This document shows positions 1 through 9,357 of a stretch of 64,000 nt of DNA, piece after piece. Position numbers and translations under genes: made by a program. Position 1 is the first letter of the stretch. Every line of letters starts with the position of its first letter. The notes under the pieces were generated by a model that was not told where the DNA came from, did not search any database, and saw only the letters and a list, made by a program, of their open reading frames with translations. The stretch comes from an uncultured candidate division Zixibacteria bacterium (lineage in GTDB: Bacteria; Zixibacteria; MSB-5A5; GN15; FEB-12), in contig OY760907.1 in assembly GCA_963664195.1 (NCBI GenBank), forward strand, positions 2,528,001-2,592,000. Reading direction: 5' to 3'.

Positions 1-852
1 CTGTACTCTACGTCGTCGATTGGATGGGCGGTCCGTAAGAAGTGGGGGAAGGCGCTTTTTGCCGGATTGCGCGAGAAGGGTGGTATGAGCAGTGTCCGCA
101 TGTTCGTCTCTGGAGGCGCGCCGCTGCCGCCGCATATTGCGAAATTCTTCAACCTCATCGGAGTTGACTTTCTCCAGGGGTATGGAATGACCGAGTGTTC
201 GCCGGTGGTATCGGTGAACCGGCCAAATGATATCAGGTTTGGATCGGTAGGACCGCCGCTGGACGCGGTAGAGGTGATGATCCACGAGCCGGGTCAGGAT
301 GGAATCGGCGAAATCCTGGTCAGAGGGGGCAACGTTACGCAGGGTTACAAAGACAATCCGGAACAAACCAATAAGTTGTTCTACAACGATTGGCTGAGGA
401 CGGGCGATCTGGGACATCTCAAGGACGGACATCTCTGGATTACCGGTCGTGCCAAAAACCTGATCGTCTCGGCGGCGGGCAAGAACATCTATCCTGAGGA
501 ACTCGAAGAGCGACTTGTCGCCACGACACTGATAGCCGAGGCGCTCGTTGTGGGTCGGAAGAAGGACGGTAAGCACGGCGAAGATGTCTGGGCGTTGATT
601 GTGCCGGACGAGGAAGCATTCGAGGAAGAACTCGGGTACAAGCCGGGCAATCCGGCCGACGAAAAGACTCGGACGGAAATCAAGAAGATCGTCGACGAGA
701 TCAATCACCACGTGGCCGAATACAAGCGGATCACCGGGTTCGATATTCAGTCGGAAGAACTCGAAAAGACAACAACGCGGAAGATTAAGCGCTACGTCTA
801 TGACATACCCATTGACCGCAAGACAAACAAATTGCCGGGAGAAAAGAAGTGA
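1..852 (+). CDS. Long-chain fatty acid-CoA ligase / AMP-binding enzyme, 5' truncated by window edge
   Basis: Frame open from base 1; SGGAPL, QGYGMTECSP, WLRTGDLG and ITGRAKNLIV adenylate-forming motifs. Confidence 0.9.
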   Translation: MYSTSSIGWAVRKKWGKALFAGLREKGGMSSVRMFVSGGAPLPPHIAKFFNLIGVDFLQGYGMTECSPVVSVNRPNDIRFGSVGPPLDAVEVMIHEPGQDGIGEILVRGGNVTQGYKDNPEQTNKLFYNDWLRTGDLGHLKDGHLWITGRAKNLIVSAAGKNIYPEELEERLVATTLIAEALVVGRKKDGKHGEDVWALIVPDEEAFEEELGYKPGNPADEKTRTEIKKIVDEINHHVAEYKRITGFDIQSEELEKTTTRKIKRYVYDIPIDRKTNKLPGEKK

Positions 853-1859
853 TAGTCAAAGCCATGGAACGAGTAGGCAATAAGCTTCGCCTACTGGATC
901 AAACCCGTCTGCCGCTGGAGACGGTCTTTAACGACTACGAGGACTATCAAGCCATCATCAAGGCTATCCAGCGTCTGGAAGTGAGGGGAGCGCCGGCCAT
1001 TGGTATTTCGGCGGCCTATGCGCTGGCCATAGCGGTTGATCAATCCGGTCGGTACGACTCGGCTTCGATCCGGCAATTCGGCGAGGAAATCAAAAGCGCA
1101 CGTCCGACCGCGGTCAACCTGATGTGGGCGATTGATCGAGCGATGGCTGTGGCCCTGTATGCTGAACCGAAATCCAAAGACGACGCGCTCAAGATTCTCT
1201 GGCGCGAGGCAGAGGCAATCCACGATGAAGATCGCGAGATGTGTCGCAAAATGGGCGAGTACGGAGCAGAGCTAATCAAAGACGGTGACACGCTGCTGAC
1301 TCATTGCAATGCCGGTGCGCTGGCCACGGGTGGTATCGGCACTGCTATCGGTGTGATGTATGTCTGCCACGAACAGGGCAAGAGAATAAAAGTCTACGCT
1401 GACGAGACTCGTCCCCTGCTGCAGGGCGCCCGTTTGACCACCTGGGAGTTGCAGCGGGCGGGAATCGATGTCACCCTCAATTGCGATAATTCGGCTGGCG
1501 TGCTGATGTCGAAGGGGATGATCGATCATGTTATCGTGGGGGCCGACAGGATTGCCGCCAACGGCGACACGGCCAACAAGATAGGGACCTATTCACTTGC
1601 TCTGCTCGCGGTCGGACACGACGTCCCTTTCTATGTTGCTGCGCCGCAAACCACGTTTGATGAGAACCTCGAATCCGGTGATCTTATCGAGATCGAGGAA
1701 CGTGCACCGGAAGAGGTAACCGAGGGGTTCGGCGTTCGTATTGCGCCGGAAGGCACCGACGTTTATTCTCCTGCTTTTGATGTCACTCCCAACGAGCTGA
1801 TTACCGCCTTCATAACCGATACCGGAGTGAAACCCGGAGGTCGTGGCGGGAGCGATTGA
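849..1859 (+). CDS. mtnA: S-methyl-5-thioribose-1-phosphate isomerase
   Basis: LLDQTRLP, VRGAPAIG, RPTAVNL, THCNAGALAT, ETRPLLQGARLT, GADRIAANGDTANKIGTY motifs. Confidence 0.95.
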   Translation: MIVKAMERVGNKLRLLDQTRLPLETVFNDYEDYQAIIKAIQRLEVRGAPAIGISAAYALAIAVDQSGRYDSASIRQFGEEIKSARPTAVNLMWAIDRAMAVALYAEPKSKDDALKILWREAEAIHDEDREMCRKMGEYGAELIKDGDTLLTHCNAGALATGGIGTAIGVMYVCHEQGKRIKVYADETRPLLQGARLTTWELQRAGIDVTLNCDNSAGVLMSKGMIDHVIVGADRIAANGDTANKIGTYSLALLAVGHDVPFYVAAPQTTFDENLESGDLIEIEERAPEEVTEGFGVRIAPEGTDVYSPAFDVTPNELITAFITDTGVKPGGRGGSD

Positions 1860-1948
1860 TACCCCTTTTCTTGAAACGTTGTTGAGCCGATATATTGCGT
1901 ATAAGTGTTTATGGGAACGCGATTGAGAAGAACCGACACAGGAAACCG

Positions 1949-2608
1949 ATGAAGACCTCAAAGCGCCAGAAGAAGGCTCTGTCCGCGCTGAACCTTGATC
2001 TCTTTCGACCGAAGAATCTGGCTCCGCCGGCTCCTGCGACGCTGCATACAGCTATCGCCGAAAGCGGGCCGGGGGCAACCGCGGGCGTAGCCCGATTGTC
2101 CGATGATCGCTCGGAAGAGAAGACGGATCGGCTGCCGTCGGTGGCCGAGCTTCACCATCGGTTTGAGCGCTTCAACTGGCTGTACTTTCAGGGGAAGCTG
2201 CCCAAGACCCGAATCGAGTATTCCAATCGGATGACGTCAGCAGGAGCATACATCCCCGCTCACAAGCTGATTCGTATCGGGCGCAAATATCACGATATCT
2301 TCCCGGGAGACATCGACGATACATTGAAGCATGAGATGATCCATCTCATCCATTTTAGACATGACGCCGCGTTTAAGGCCGAGGCGAAACGAGTCGGTGC
2401 GTCGTTGAAGGCGAAACCGCATCCGTCGCTGCGTCGTCGGCCGAAGTACGTCTATGTGTGCAGTAATTGCGGGCTTGAATACCCCCGGCAGAAACGTCTC
2501 GTTATGGCGTCATGTGGCAAATGCTCCAAGGGCAGGCGGTTTGATGTCCGCTTCAAACTCAGGCTGTTGACCTCTAGAAGGCAAAACAAAACGACGGCCG
2601 CAAAGTGA
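1949..2608 (+). CDS. SprT-like zinc metalloprotease with C-terminal Cys cluster
   Basis: FNWLYFQG, RMTSAG, LKHEMIH (HExxH), HDAAF, YVCSNCG and CGKC; ATG at 1949 preferred to the upstream TTG. Confidence 0.85.
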   Translation: MKTSKRQKKALSALNLDLFRPKNLAPPAPATLHTAIAESGPGATAGVARLSDDRSEEKTDRLPSVAELHHRFERFNWLYFQGKLPKTRIEYSNRMTSAGAYIPAHKLIRIGRKYHDIFPGDIDDTLKHEMIHLIHFRHDAAFKAEAKRVGASLKAKPHPSLRRRPKYVYVCSNCGLEYPRQKRLVMASCGKCSKGRRFDVRFKLRLLTSRRQNKTTAAK

Positions 2609-2648
2609 CCGTCGCTAGCATAGTCGATGCCCTCGCTTGAAATCGGGC

Positions 2649-2912
2649 CTAATCGGCCAACTCCAGTTCGATTTCGGACATTTTCTCGATCAGTGGAGTG
2701 CATGCTTTTAGCGCCGCCAGGTTGCCATCCTCAGTGAAGGACTTGATCAACCGCAACAACACGACCGCCGGGTTCCCGGTGCAGCTAACAATGCTGCCGG
2801 AATCGGACACAGTCAGTCCAGCTTTTTTGGCTTGAGTGCGGGCCTTATGCTCACCAATAGTGTCGACCTGAATCTTGATCGCCTCTTCAAACAATACCAG
2901 GTACTTCTCCAT
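2649..2912 (-). CDS. Small hypothetical protein (87 aa)
   Basis: ATG preceded by AGGAGGGAG and GAGG purine tracts on the minus strand; protein-like composition. Confidence 0.7.
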   Translation of the reverse strand: MEKYLVLFEEAIKIQVDTIGEHKARTQAKKAGLTVSDSGSIVSCTGNPAVVLLRLIKSFTEDGNLAALKACTPLIEKMSEIELELAD

Positions 2913-3281
2913 CGCCTCGTACTCCCTCCTAAAGGAACATCATACTATTCCGTTTATCGGGCGGAGAGCGCTCTTCCTAAATATCAGATCGGTCCCGGCC
3001 AATAGAATGACCAAAAACAGCACAGTCGGGAAAGCGGTGACGACGGAGTGTTTTGTGGCAGGGTCGGGCGTGGGGCAGCTCGTTTGCTTGCCGTGTTCGC
3101 TCATATTTTCCCGAAATCCATAAAAAACAACGGATTACGGGAATATCGAGATAATGATTGCCAGAAAAAACCGAAACGGCTTGTTTGGCGTAAGCTCTTG
3201 TCAGTACAATGGTTAGGTGTATATTGGCAGGGCGGGGAACGATTCAGTTGCCGCATGCTGTGCAAAATAGTTGTCTGCCGC

Positions 3282-3309
3282 TTGACTTTTGGGTCTCACC
3301 CCTTATATT
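3282..3309 (+). promoter_or_regulatory. Sigma70-type promoter for rplM-rpsI
   Basis: TTGACT-16 nt-TATATT upstream of rplM. Confidence 0.6.
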
Positions 3310-3354
3310 CTTTGGCTCTTGGAAAACCGAGAACCTATTTATGGCTGAAAAGTA

Positions 3355-3783
3355 ATGAAGACTGTAACACCGAGAATCGATCCGAGCGCCCGCAAGTGGT
3401 GGGTAGTGGACCTTCAGGGCGCAAAACCGGGCAGGGCAGCGGTTAAAATAGCCGATATCCTTCGCGGTAAGAACAAACCGATATTTGCACCGTTCCTTGA
3501 CAACGGCGACAACGTAATCGCGATTAATGCTGCCGGAATGAAAGTTGGAGCGAAGAAGCTTCTGCAGAAGAAGTACTATCGTTATTCCGGCTATCCGGGC
3601 GGTCTGTCCGAGACTACGATGGGCGATATGATGACGAAGAAGCCTGAACAGGTTTTTTCCCTGGCCGTCAAGCGAATGATCCCTAAGAACAAATTGGGTC
3701 GCAAAGTATTCAAGAAACTACACGTTTATGCCGGTTCTGCACACCCGCACAGGGCACAGAAGCCGGAGAAACTGGAACTCTAA
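3355..3783 (+). CDS. rplM: 50S ribosomal protein L13
   Basis: LRGKNKP, DNGDNVIAINA, YYRYSGYPGG, KKLHVYAG..HPHRAQ. Confidence 0.98.
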   Translation: MKTVTPRIDPSARKWWVVDLQGAKPGRAAVKIADILRGKNKPIFAPFLDNGDNVIAINAAGMKVGAKKLLQKKYYRYSGYPGGLSETTMGDMMTKKPEQVFSLAVKRMIPKNKLGRKVFKKLHVYAGSAHPHRAQKPEKLEL

Positions 3784-3795
3784 GTATATAAGCTT

Positions 3796-4188
3796 ATGAC
3801 GCAGAATGTGTATTCAGCAACAGGTCGCCGCAAGGCTGCAACGGCACGGGCAAGACTGATCCCGGGAACGGGTAAGTTTGTCATTAATGGCAAGTCGGTC
3901 CTCGATTACCTGACTCGCGAAACACTGGTGGAACGTGCCCAGGCACCGTTGGCCACCACTGAGACGCTTGGCAATTTCGATGTGATTTGCTCAACCCGTG
4001 GTGGTGGTATCGCCGGTCAGGCCGGAGCCATCCGTTTGGCAGTCAGCAGGGCGTTGTGTGTCTACAACGAGGACATGCGCCCGGCCCTGCGTAAGGCAGG
4101 CATGTTGGTCCGTGACGCGCGCTGTGTTGAGCGTAAAAAATACGGTCAACCGAAAGCCCGCAAACGCTTCCAGTACTCGAAGCGTTAA
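3796..4188 (+). CDS. rpsI: 30S ribosomal protein S9
   Basis: ATGRRK, GGGIAGQAGA, VERKKYG..KARKRFQYSKR. Confidence 0.98.
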   Translation: MTQNVYSATGRRKAATARARLIPGTGKFVINGKSVLDYLTRETLVERAQAPLATTETLGNFDVICSTRGGGIAGQAGAIRLAVSRALCVYNEDMRPALRKAGMLVRDARCVERKKYGQPKARKRFQYSKR

Positions 4189-4239
4189 TCGTTGGATTGA
4201 AATACTAATCCCCGTTCGATAAGAGCGGGGAAATAAGCA

Positions 4240-4315
4240 GCTCCGACAGACCCGGTCGCTGGTCCCACTCAGATGGGTTGCGGTCACGGGGAAGAGGGCG
4301 GAGTGAAGGAAACCT
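4240..4315 (+). promoter_or_regulatory. Probable rpsB (uS2) autoregulatory leader RNA
   Basis: Long stem GCTCCG/CGGAGT enclosing CCCG/CGGG and CCCA/TGGG stems, internal GGT and downstream AAACC (the GGU/ACC pairing known from S2 leaders), directly before rpsB. Confidence 0.55.
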
Positions 4316-4332
4316 TAAAGCACAGGATTCTT

Positions 4333-5136
4333 ATGATTACACCACAGATCCGTGAATTTCTGGAAGCCGGGGTACATTTCGGCCATCAGACTCGCCGTTG
4401 GAACCCCAAAATGAAGCCGTTCATCTTTGCGGCTCGCAATGGTATTTATATCATTGATCTCCAGAAGACGGTCAATGCTCTCGAACAGGCCAAGCGGAAG
4501 GTTCGCGAGGTCGTTTCTGCCGGTCGTTCGGTGTTGTTTGTCGGCACCAAGAAGCAGGCCAAGGAAGTCATTCTCGAAGAAGCTCCGAAATGCGACGGCT
4601 TCTATGTGGTCGAGCGCTGGCTTGGTGGCATGCTGACCAACTTCAATACCATCAAAAACTCGATCAAGAAGCTGAAAGATATCGAGAAGATGCGTGAGAC
4701 TGGTGACCTTTCCAAGTTCACCAAGAAGGAAGCGGCCAAGATCGAGGCCAAGGCCGAACGTCTTGAGAAGATTCTCGGCGGTATCAAGGACATGAACCAC
4801 CTTCCGGGTCTGGTGATTGTTGTCGATGCCAAGAAAGAAAAGATCGCCGTAGCGGAAGCCTCCAACCTGGGCATCCCGATTATCGGTATCATTGATACTA
4901 ATGCTGATCCGGACCCGATCGATTTCCCGATCGCCGGCAACGACGACGCTATCAAGTCCATTCGTGTACTGATGCGCGGTCTCGTCGATGCCGCTATCGA
5001 GGTACAGACCTCGGTATCGCCGGAAGAAATGGAAGCGGTTGCCGATGCTGAACGTCAGACTCCGCTGACCACGTACTCCTCTGCTGCAGATGAAGAACCG
5101 GCTCCGGCACAAGAGAACAAGAACGAGGGTAGATAA
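4333..5136 (+). CDS. rpsB: 30S ribosomal protein S2
   Basis: LEAGVHFGHQTRRWNPKM, RWLGGMLTN, NDDAIKS; start reassigned to ATG 4333. Confidence 0.98.
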   Translation: MITPQIREFLEAGVHFGHQTRRWNPKMKPFIFAARNGIYIIDLQKTVNALEQAKRKVREVVSAGRSVLFVGTKKQAKEVILEEAPKCDGFYVVERWLGGMLTNFNTIKNSIKKLKDIEKMRETGDLSKFTKKEAAKIEAKAERLEKILGGIKDMNHLPGLVIVVDAKKEKIAVAEASNLGIPIIGIIDTNADPDPIDFPIAGNDDAIKSIRVLMRGLVDAAIEVQTSVSPEEMEAVADAERQTPLTTYSSAADEEPAPAQENKNEGR

Positions 5137-5142
5137 GCGACT

Positions 5143-5736
5143 ATGGATATTACTGCGAAGATGGTTAAGGAGCTTCGGGACAAGACCGGAGCCGGCATGA
5201 TGGACTGCAAAAAAGCGCTCGGCGAGACGAACGGCGATCTCGACGCTGCCGTAACGAATCTCCGCGAGCGCGGCATTGCCAAGGCGGCTTCGAAAGAAGG
5301 ACGCCAGACTTCAGAGGGGCTTATTGCCTCCTACATTCACCCCGGTGACAAGCTGGGTGTGATGGTTGAGATCAACTGCGAGACCGATTTTGTCGCTCGC
5401 ACCGATCAGTTCCAGCGATTCGCCCGCGACATCGCCATGCACGTTGCCGCCAGCGCTCCGGTCTGTGTCGACCGTGAAGGCGTTGACGCCAAGCTGATCG
5501 AAGAAGAGAGCAAGATATTCCGTACGCAGGCTGAGAACGACGGCAAGCCTGCCAACATTATTGATAAGATCGTCGAAGGCCGGATCGAGAAGTACTACAG
5601 TGAAATCGTGCTTCTGGAACAGCCGTTTGTGAAGGATACGGAAAAGTCGGTTTCCGATCTCGTGAAAGAAACGATTGGCTCGCTGGGTGAGAATATCCAG
5701 ATCAAGCGCTTCACCCGCTTCAGACTGGGTGAATAA
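5143..5736 (+). CDS. tsf: Elongation factor Ts (short 197-aa form)
   Basis: VKELRDKTGAGMMDCKKAL, EINCETDFVAR. Confidence 0.97.
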   Translation: MDITAKMVKELRDKTGAGMMDCKKALGETNGDLDAAVTNLRERGIAKAASKEGRQTSEGLIASYIHPGDKLGVMVEINCETDFVARTDQFQRFARDIAMHVAASAPVCVDREGVDAKLIEEESKIFRTQAENDGKPANIIDKIVEGRIEKYYSEIVLLEQPFVKDTEKSVSDLVKETIGSLGENIQIKRFTRFRLGE

Positions 5737-5737
5737 G

Positions 5738-6463
5738 ATGGACGCTGAATCAGACAAACCTGTCTTTAAGCGAATACTGCTCAAGCTCTCCGGTGAGGTC
5801 CTGATGGGCCCCGGAGAGTTCGGCATTCATACTCCGAGTGTCGAGAAAATCTGCCACCAGATAAAAGAAATCAAGGAACTCGGGACCGAGATAGCCATCG
5901 TCATAGGCGGCGGCAATATCTTCCGCGGTCTCAATGCCTCCGAGCGCGGTATGGATCGCGTCACGGCCGACAACATGGGTATGCTGGCCACTATGATCAA
6001 TTGTCTGGCGATGATGGATAATCTTGAGCAGATGGGCATCTACACGCGTGTCATGTCGGCGGTCAACGTGGAAGCATTCGCCGAACCGTATATCCGCCGT
6101 CGCGCAGTCAGACACATGGAAAAGGGGCGGTTGGTCATTCTCGCCGCCGGCACCGGCAACCCGTATTTCAGCACCGATACCGCAGCCTCTTTGCGGGCCA
6201 TGGAAACAGGTGCCGACATCCTTATCAAGGGGACCAAGGTTGACGGTGTGTATTCTGCCGACCCGGTCAGAGTGAAAGATGCCGAGTTCTATCCGAAACT
6301 GAGCTACATGGACGTTTTGACGAAAGAGCTTCGGGTTATGGACCTGACAGCTATCTCTCTTTTGAAGGACAACGGTATGCCGCTCAGGGTGGTTGACATT
6401 AATGCCCCGGGGATTCTCCGCAGAGTGATGCTTGGAGAAGAAGTGGGGTCGCTGATTTCTTAG
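5738..6463 (+). CDS. pyrH: UMP kinase
   Basis: RILLKLSGE, GGGNIFRG, GTGNPYFSTD, KVDGVY; ATG 5738. Confidence 0.97.
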   Translation: MDAESDKPVFKRILLKLSGEVLMGPGEFGIHTPSVEKICHQIKEIKELGTEIAIVIGGGNIFRGLNASERGMDRVTADNMGMLATMINCLAMMDNLEQMGIYTRVMSAVNVEAFAEPYIRRRAVRHMEKGRLVILAAGTGNPYFSTDTAASLRAMETGADILIKGTKVDGVYSADPVRVKDAEFYPKLSYMDVLTKELRVMDLTAISLLKDNGMPLRVVDINAPGILRRVMLGEEVGSLIS

Positions 6464-6505
6464 CACGATCATGGGATTTTGACATAGAATCAGGAGATGA
6501 TTGAC

Positions 6506-7063
6506 ATGTTAAACGAGATCTACAAAGACGCTGAAGATCGAATGGTTAAGACCGTCGAGGCCACCTCGCGCGAGTTTGGCACTATTCGTACCGGAAAAGC
6601 CTCCACTCATGTACTGGACACGATCAAAGTTGAAGCGTACGGATCCCTGATGCCCCTGAATCAGTTGGCTTCGGTTTCGACTCCGGAAGCCCGGCTTCTG
6701 GTTGTCCAGGCGTTTGACAAGGGAACGGTAGGGGATATTTCCAAGGCCATCCAGAAGGCCGATCTGGGACTGAACCCGATAGTCGACGGTCAGCTCATTC
6801 GCCTGCCGATACCGGCCCTGACCGAAGAGCGGCGCAAGGAGTTGGTGAAACAGTGCAAGAACCTCGCGGAAGACGGTCGTGTTGCTATCCGCAATATCCG
6901 TCGCGACGCCAACGATCAATTGAAGGCGGCGCTGAAGGACAAAGAGATTTCTGAAGATCAGGAAAAGGACGGTCGTGACGAGGTGCAGAAGTACACCGAC
7001 GATTACATCAAGAAGATCGACGCTCTGCTGGTTCGGAAAGAGGCAGACGTAATGGAAGTGTAA
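6506..7063 (+). CDS. frr: Ribosome recycling factor
   Basis: IRTGKA, P.LTEERRKELVK, RVAIRNIRRDAN; AGGAG spacing favours ATG 6506 over 6497. Confidence 0.96.
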   Translation: MLNEIYKDAEDRMVKTVEATSREFGTIRTGKASTHVLDTIKVEAYGSLMPLNQLASVSTPEARLLVVQAFDKGTVGDISKAIQKADLGLNPIVDGQLIRLPIPALTEERRKELVKQCKNLAEDGRVAIRNIRRDANDQLKAALKDKEISEDQEKDGRDEVQKYTDDYIKKIDALLVRKEADVMEV

Positions 7064-7093
7064 GTTGTAGGACTTACGGAAAACGATACGAAA

Positions 7094-7131
7094 GCAGCCC
7101 GGACCGTGAGGTCCGGGCTGTCTTCTTGTTT
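7094..7131 (+). terminator. Rho-independent terminator after frr
   Basis: GCAGCCCGGACC-GTGA-GGTCCGGGCTGT hairpin followed by CTTCTTGTTT. Confidence 0.8.
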
Positions 7132-7149
7132 GTGGGGTGCATGTACCTG

Positions 7150-7210
7150 GTAGGCAGGGCCTGCTTGAGGCCCGACGAATCCCGTCAGGCTCCGAGTGCA
7201 CCTGCCCTAC
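7150..7210. repeat. REP/REPIN-like element (GTAG...CTAC)
   Basis: Begins GTAGGCAGG, ends CCTGCCCTAC, matching the ends of the dispersed repeat at 21680, 23510 and 63759. Confidence 0.6.
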
Positions 7211-7245
7211 TGCTTTTCGCAGGTCTGATTACGACCCATACAGGC

Positions 7246-7686
7246 TTACGCCGGGTAATGGCCGCCGATGTATTGTTTCAAATAGCGGTTCTCGATTTTC
7301 ATCGACTCCATCTGTGTTTTGACGACATCGCCGACAGAGATCAGGCCGACCAGTTTTTTCTCGCGAACGACCGGCACGTGACGTATCCGGTTGTTCGTCA
7401 TGATTCCGGCGATGTAGGCGATTTCGTCACTTTCCAGCCCGACAATTACGTTTTCCGACATCAGGTCGCGTACGGCCAATTCAGTGAAGCCGCCCGGGTC
7501 TCTTCCGGCCTCGCGAAAGATGTCCTTGTCACTGATGATCCCTACCAATTGAGCGTCGGAGTCTATCACCGGCAGGCAACTGATCTTGTTGGAGATGAGC
7601 AGTCCCATGGCCTCGGGAATGGTCGTTTCCCGGGAGGCGGTAATAACCTCAAGTGTTTTCGCTTCGAGAATGTCCTTAACATGCAT
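7246..7686 (-). CDS. CBS-domain pair protein
   Basis: MHVKDIL, ISCLPVID..LVGIISDKD, RIRHVPVV..LVGLISVGDVVK; GGAGGTG SD before ATG 7686. Confidence 0.9.
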   Translation of the reverse strand: MHVKDILEAKTLEVITASRETTIPEAMGLLISNKISCLPVIDSDAQLVGIISDKDIFREAGRDPGGFTELAVRDLMSENVIVGLESDEIAYIAGIMTNNRIRHVPVVREKKLVGLISVGDVVKTQMESMKIENRYLKQYIGGHYPA

Positions 7687-7827
7687 CGTTTCACCTCCAA
7701 AGAGATTCGTTCCGCCGAAACAGAACACATCCGGCGAGTGTATAATTACCGGTTGAGTTGCGACGGTCGGATTGCTATCATTATGACCAAATGAATCCGT
7801 AAGCTTCGGGAAAGAGTACGAACCTAC

Positions 7828-8553
7828 ATGAAACAACAGTTAGCCCGCAAACTTGTTCCCGTAATCGCATGTCTGACTTTTGCCCTGGCGTTGCCGTTGG
7901 TTCTGGCTGCTGAAGATGAAATAGACCCGATTTTACAATATTACTGGAAGAAGGCGGGCGAAACGGCTGTCCGACTGGATCCGACACAGTACAATATCAG
8001 CTATAGCTACACCGCCCGGACGCTTTTTCAGGATGTCGATGGCGAGGGAAGAAAAGCCATCACCGACTCGCTGGTGACCGATTTCTACTACACCGGGGGA
8101 CAACTCGACTCGGCCAAAGTCCGGACAGGGGAGGAAAAGCTACTTAAGAAACTCAACCTGACAGTCCCGAAGTTGTTTGAGGATTTCTACTATCTGAACT
8201 TCTTCCCCAATGATACGGGAGGAGAGGAACTTGATATCGGTCTGATTACTGACTCAACCGCCAAGGCACAGCCGGATGGTCTGGTTGTGATCGACCGGAA
8301 GAATTATCATCTCAGGAAACTGTACTTGTACTATCCGAATGTCCCGGGTCACCTTCGCCAGACAAGATCCTACCGTTTCACTCTTCAGCAGGGCTTTGTG
8401 TTTCCGGATTCGGTTTGGGAAGTCGGCGTCGTGGAGGCGGTTTTCGGCCTCGAGGATTACCGGATAGAGACGGGAATCTCAGACATCAAGGTGACGATAC
8501 CGGACCGGCATGATTCTTCAGGACTTGAACCCGATACCGGTCGGTCCAATTGA
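7828..8553 (+). CDS. Hypothetical exported protein
   Basis: 241-aa ORF with N-terminal signal-peptide-like segment; beta-strand-rich pattern. Confidence 0.7.
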   Translation: MKQQLARKLVPVIACLTFALALPLVLAAEDEIDPILQYYWKKAGETAVRLDPTQYNISYSYTARTLFQDVDGEGRKAITDSLVTDFYYTGGQLDSAKVRTGEEKLLKKLNLTVPKLFEDFYYLNFFPNDTGGEELDIGLITDSTAKAQPDGLVVIDRKNYHLRKLYLYYPNVPGHLRQTRSYRFTLQQGFVFPDSVWEVGVVEAVFGLEDYRIETGISDIKVTIPDRHDSSGLEPDTGRSN

Positions 8554-8592
8554 GCTTGCCAACCGTACAACCACAACATAGTTTGGCCTAAC

Positions 8593-9357
8593 ATGTCAGA
8601 TGAAACCGCACAACTGAAACAGCAGATACTGCAACAGCCGGACAGAATACCGACCCATGTAGCGATTATCATGGACGGTAACGGCCGCTGGGCCGCCGCA
8701 CGCAACAAGCCGCGCACCTTCGGCCATGAAGCCGGCGTGAGTGCAGTCAGGAAAGTGGTCGAGGCCTGCGGTGATCTTGGCGTGAAATACCTGACGCTGT
8801 ACACGTTTTCTGTAGAAAACTGGAAACGGCCGAAACTTGAGGTCAGCGCGTTGATGTCGCTCCTGACCCGCACTACGCGCAACGAGTTGGAAGAGTTAAT
8901 CAAAAAAGATGTCAAGCTGATCACGACCGGCCGGATCATGGGAATTCCACGGCAGCGGCGCCGGGTCATTCTCAACGCTGTCGAGAAGACGCGCAACAAC
9001 AAAGGGCTGGTGCTCAATCTGGCGTTGAACTACGGCGGGCGTACAGAGATCATGGACGCGGTCAAAGCAATTGCGAACAGCGTGAAGGCAGGGGTGATCG
9101 ATCCGCGCCATATAGACGAGGAGATGTTCGCGGGTTTTCTCTACACGGCAAACATGCCCGACCCTGACCTGCTGATTCGTACGTCGGGTGAGTACCGGAT
9201 ATCCAACTTTCTTCTCTGGCAGACCAGTTATACGGAATTACATATTATCAATACGCTCTGGCCGGATTTTGGTCAGAAAGAGCTGTTCGAGGCGATTATC
9301 GATTACCAGCGACGGGAGCGGCGTTTCGGAAAGATCAGCCACGAGGATAATCAGTGA
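8593..9357 (+). CDS. uppS: Undecaprenyl diphosphate synthase (cis-isoprenyltransferase)
   Basis: PTHVAIIMDGNGRWA, YTFSVENWKRP, NYGGR, PDLLIRTSGEYRISNFLLWQ. Confidence 0.97.
   Translation: MSDETAQLKQQILQQPDRIPTHVAIIMDGNGRWAAARNKPRTFGHEAGVSAVRKVVEACGDLGVKYLTLYTFSVENWKRPKLEVSALMSLLTRTTRNELEELIKKDVKLITTGRIMGIPRQRRRVILNAVEKTRNNKGLVLNLALNYGGRTEIMDAVKAIANSVKAGVIDPRHIDEEMFAGFLYTANMPDPDLLIRTSGEYRISNFLLWQTSYTELHIINTLWPDFGQKELFEAIIDYQRRERRFGKISHEDNQ

Noticed and set aside
2875..3446. ORFs 2875-3123 and 3048-3446 upstream of rplM
   Set aside because: No SD, non-protein-like composition, and they overlap the promoter and rplM
7126..7794. 222-aa plus-strand ORF
   Set aside because: Antisense to the clear CBS-domain gene and begins within a terminator/repeat
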